DNA from: the human T2T-CHM13v2.0 reference genome, Homo sapiens
DNA: 64,000 nucleotides
Reading direction: 5' to 3' (one strand)
Assembly: GCF_009914755.1 (NCBI RefSeq)
Contig: NC_060933.1
Of the stretch, positions 62,234 to 64,000 are shown in pieces. A model generated the notes under the pieces. The model had not been told where the DNA came from and made no database searches. It worked only from the letters and a program-made list of their open reading frames with translations. How positions within the stretch are numbered: position 1 is the first letter of the stretch; the number at the start of each line of letters is the position of its first letter. The translations under genes were made by a program, and so were the position numbers.

Positions 62234-62528
62234 TTTTTTTTTTTTTGAGACAGATTCTTGCTCTGTCAGCCAGGCTAAAGTGCCACTGTGCGATTGTGGC
62301 TCACTCCAACCTCCACTTCCCAGGTTCAAGTAATTCTCCTGCGTAAGCCTTCCGAGTGGCTGGGATTGCAGGTGCAAGCCACCACGCCCGGCTAATTTTT
62401 GTATTTTTAGTAGAGACGGGGTTTCACCATGTTGGTCAGGCTGGTCTTAAACTCCTGACCTCAAGTGATCCGCCCTCCTCAGTCTCCCAAATGGCTGGGA
62501 TTGCAGGCATGAGCCACTATGCCCGGCC
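62234..62528 (-). mobile_element. AluS (Sx/Sz-like)
   Basis: Reverse dimer with CTCCTGACCTCAAGTGATCC. Confidence 0.93.
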
Positions 62529-62592
62529 AATGGATAAAATTTTAATGGAAAATGGGATATATACACAGACTTAAAAGATCTACATCATATTA

Positions 62593-63149
62593 CAGTCAGT
62601 TCTGCTATAACAGAATAAGTGTTCCTAAAAATCACCATACTATGCAAAAATGCACAACAAAAACATAGGGATGATGGGGAAATGGGATGACAGACAGAAT
62701 ACTCAAAGACAGCATCACTGACACATTAAAATAGATGGGAGCCTAATAAAAATGGTAGCATATTAAATAATGAAGTAATATATAAACTACAATAAATATG
62801 GCACTTTACCTTGAAAAAGACTTGAAATTTGCTTATATTCATGAGTGTTGGAAGAATTGTAGCTTGTAAATCATTGTGAAGTGGTGAAAGGGAAGTTCTC
62901 TGACATTGGATACAAAGTTGTAATATCAAATATGGCTGGCTTTAAGGTGTATGCATGTATGCATTTTGTGTCTTTCTACATGCCATGGCTCAACTGGGTG
63001 CAATTTTCTGTGTTCATTTAGTGTTTCTCCATGACAAAAATCACAAATAAACAAACACAATTGTAGCTTTGCTGCAATAATTTTCTGATGTATCAATGGT
63101 ATTCCAACAAATTTACATTTTCAAAGAAATGTAATAGCAGAACTAACTA
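62593..63149. mobile_element. Non-autonomous Tigger-family element (Tigger8-like)
   Basis: Inverted termini TA|CAGTCAGTTCTGCTATAAC ... GTAATAGCAGAACTAACTA|TA with a TA duplication. Confidence 0.8.
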
Positions 63150-63837
63150 TAGTTATTGTAAAGTGGACAATGGTAACTTTCCCATGGAGAACTCCAACAG
63201 ACCCTGCCTTCACCAAGTGATCAGAATTAACCTTATTTAATAGTGGGAATAACTGTATTACATGCCATGTAATTCATTTAATACTTTATTTTAAAATTAC
63301 TCTCCCACTTGTTGGGGAGCCTAATTTCATTTAGCAGTTTGTAAAACAAGCATTAATTTAAATTAATGGACTTTTAAGCTGATATTTGTTGCAGAAGCTT
63401 ATATATAAGATTTTAGATTACTTCAGTGCCACACCCACCTTTATGTGTTTGCATCCAACTATGATAAATTTATGTATGTCACGACAGTGGGGACGCTGTG
63501 AGCTGAACAGCAAATCACTCTAATTAAGGTTGATGACAAGAACAAACTGAGGAAACTGGTAGGCCTCTGTAAAATTGACAGAGAGGGACAACCTCATAAA
63601 CTGGTTGGTTGTAGTCATGTAGTAGTTAAGCAGTATGGCAAAGAATCTCAGGCCAAGAAAGTCACTGAAAATATTTCAAATACAAAAAATGAACAAATGA
63701 CACATTGGTTAGTGTTCCTAAAATACATAAATAAATAAAAAATACATAAAAATGACCCTATCCAAATGGCCAGATGAACAGTGTCTGTGCACCTTTTGTA
63801 AGACTTCTGTTGAATGTGGTTGTGCTGTAAAAGTCCT

Positions 63838-63940
63838 ATATATATACACTATATATATATTTATATAATATATATAAATCCTATATATATTAGATATTTA
63901 TATATATTAGATATTTCTAATATATATATTAGATATTTCT
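63838..63940. repeat. AT-rich low-complexity repeat with three TATATATTAGATATTT units
   Basis: Seen directly. Confidence 0.85.
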
Positions 63941-64000
63941 TTAAAAACATTGCACCAGGGAATCTCTCCTAAATAGCAGGTTTTATTCTTTTAATCAATG

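Larger units (their letters stand above)
61820..63260 (+). mobile_element. Old L1MC-type 3' region interrupted by an Alu and a Tigger element
   Basis: GAGCTCAGGAAATGATGGGAC, AAATAAATAATGATGACAG and CCTGCCTTCACCAAGTGATCAGAATTAAC resemble L1MC 3' regions from memory. Confidence 0.55.

Overview
This is eukaryotic, primate (human-like) genomic DNA. It is AT-rich and CpG-poor, with no CpG island, and is dominated by interspersed repeats. These include many LINE-1 fragments (L1PA, L1PB, L1MA/MB/MC types), six Alus, a near full-length Tigger1, smaller DNA-transposon fossils (MER20, MER5, MER3, MER103-like, Tigger8-like), two MaLR solo LTRs, MIR/L2 remnants and microsatellites. The ORFs I can identify in the supplied track are decayed L1 or Tigger1 frames, or Alu/simple-repeat artefacts; the rest are short and show no recognisable domain. 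I cannot support any intact host protein-coding gene, RNA gene, CRISPR array or new biological system. The interesting content is structural: four 5'-inverted (twin-primed) L1 insertions within about 17 kb, including a ~95-bp one; a ~40-bp L1 tail inside Tigger1; an L1 3' end nested at the homologous site of another L1; an L1 fragment lacking a 3' end and TSD; a tail-to-tail inverted L1 pair; several templated duplication/inversion scars; and a few exon-like segments on the minus strand. Repeat subfamily names come from my recall of consensus sequences, and boundaries of old elements are approximate; RepeatMasker/Dfam should confirm both.
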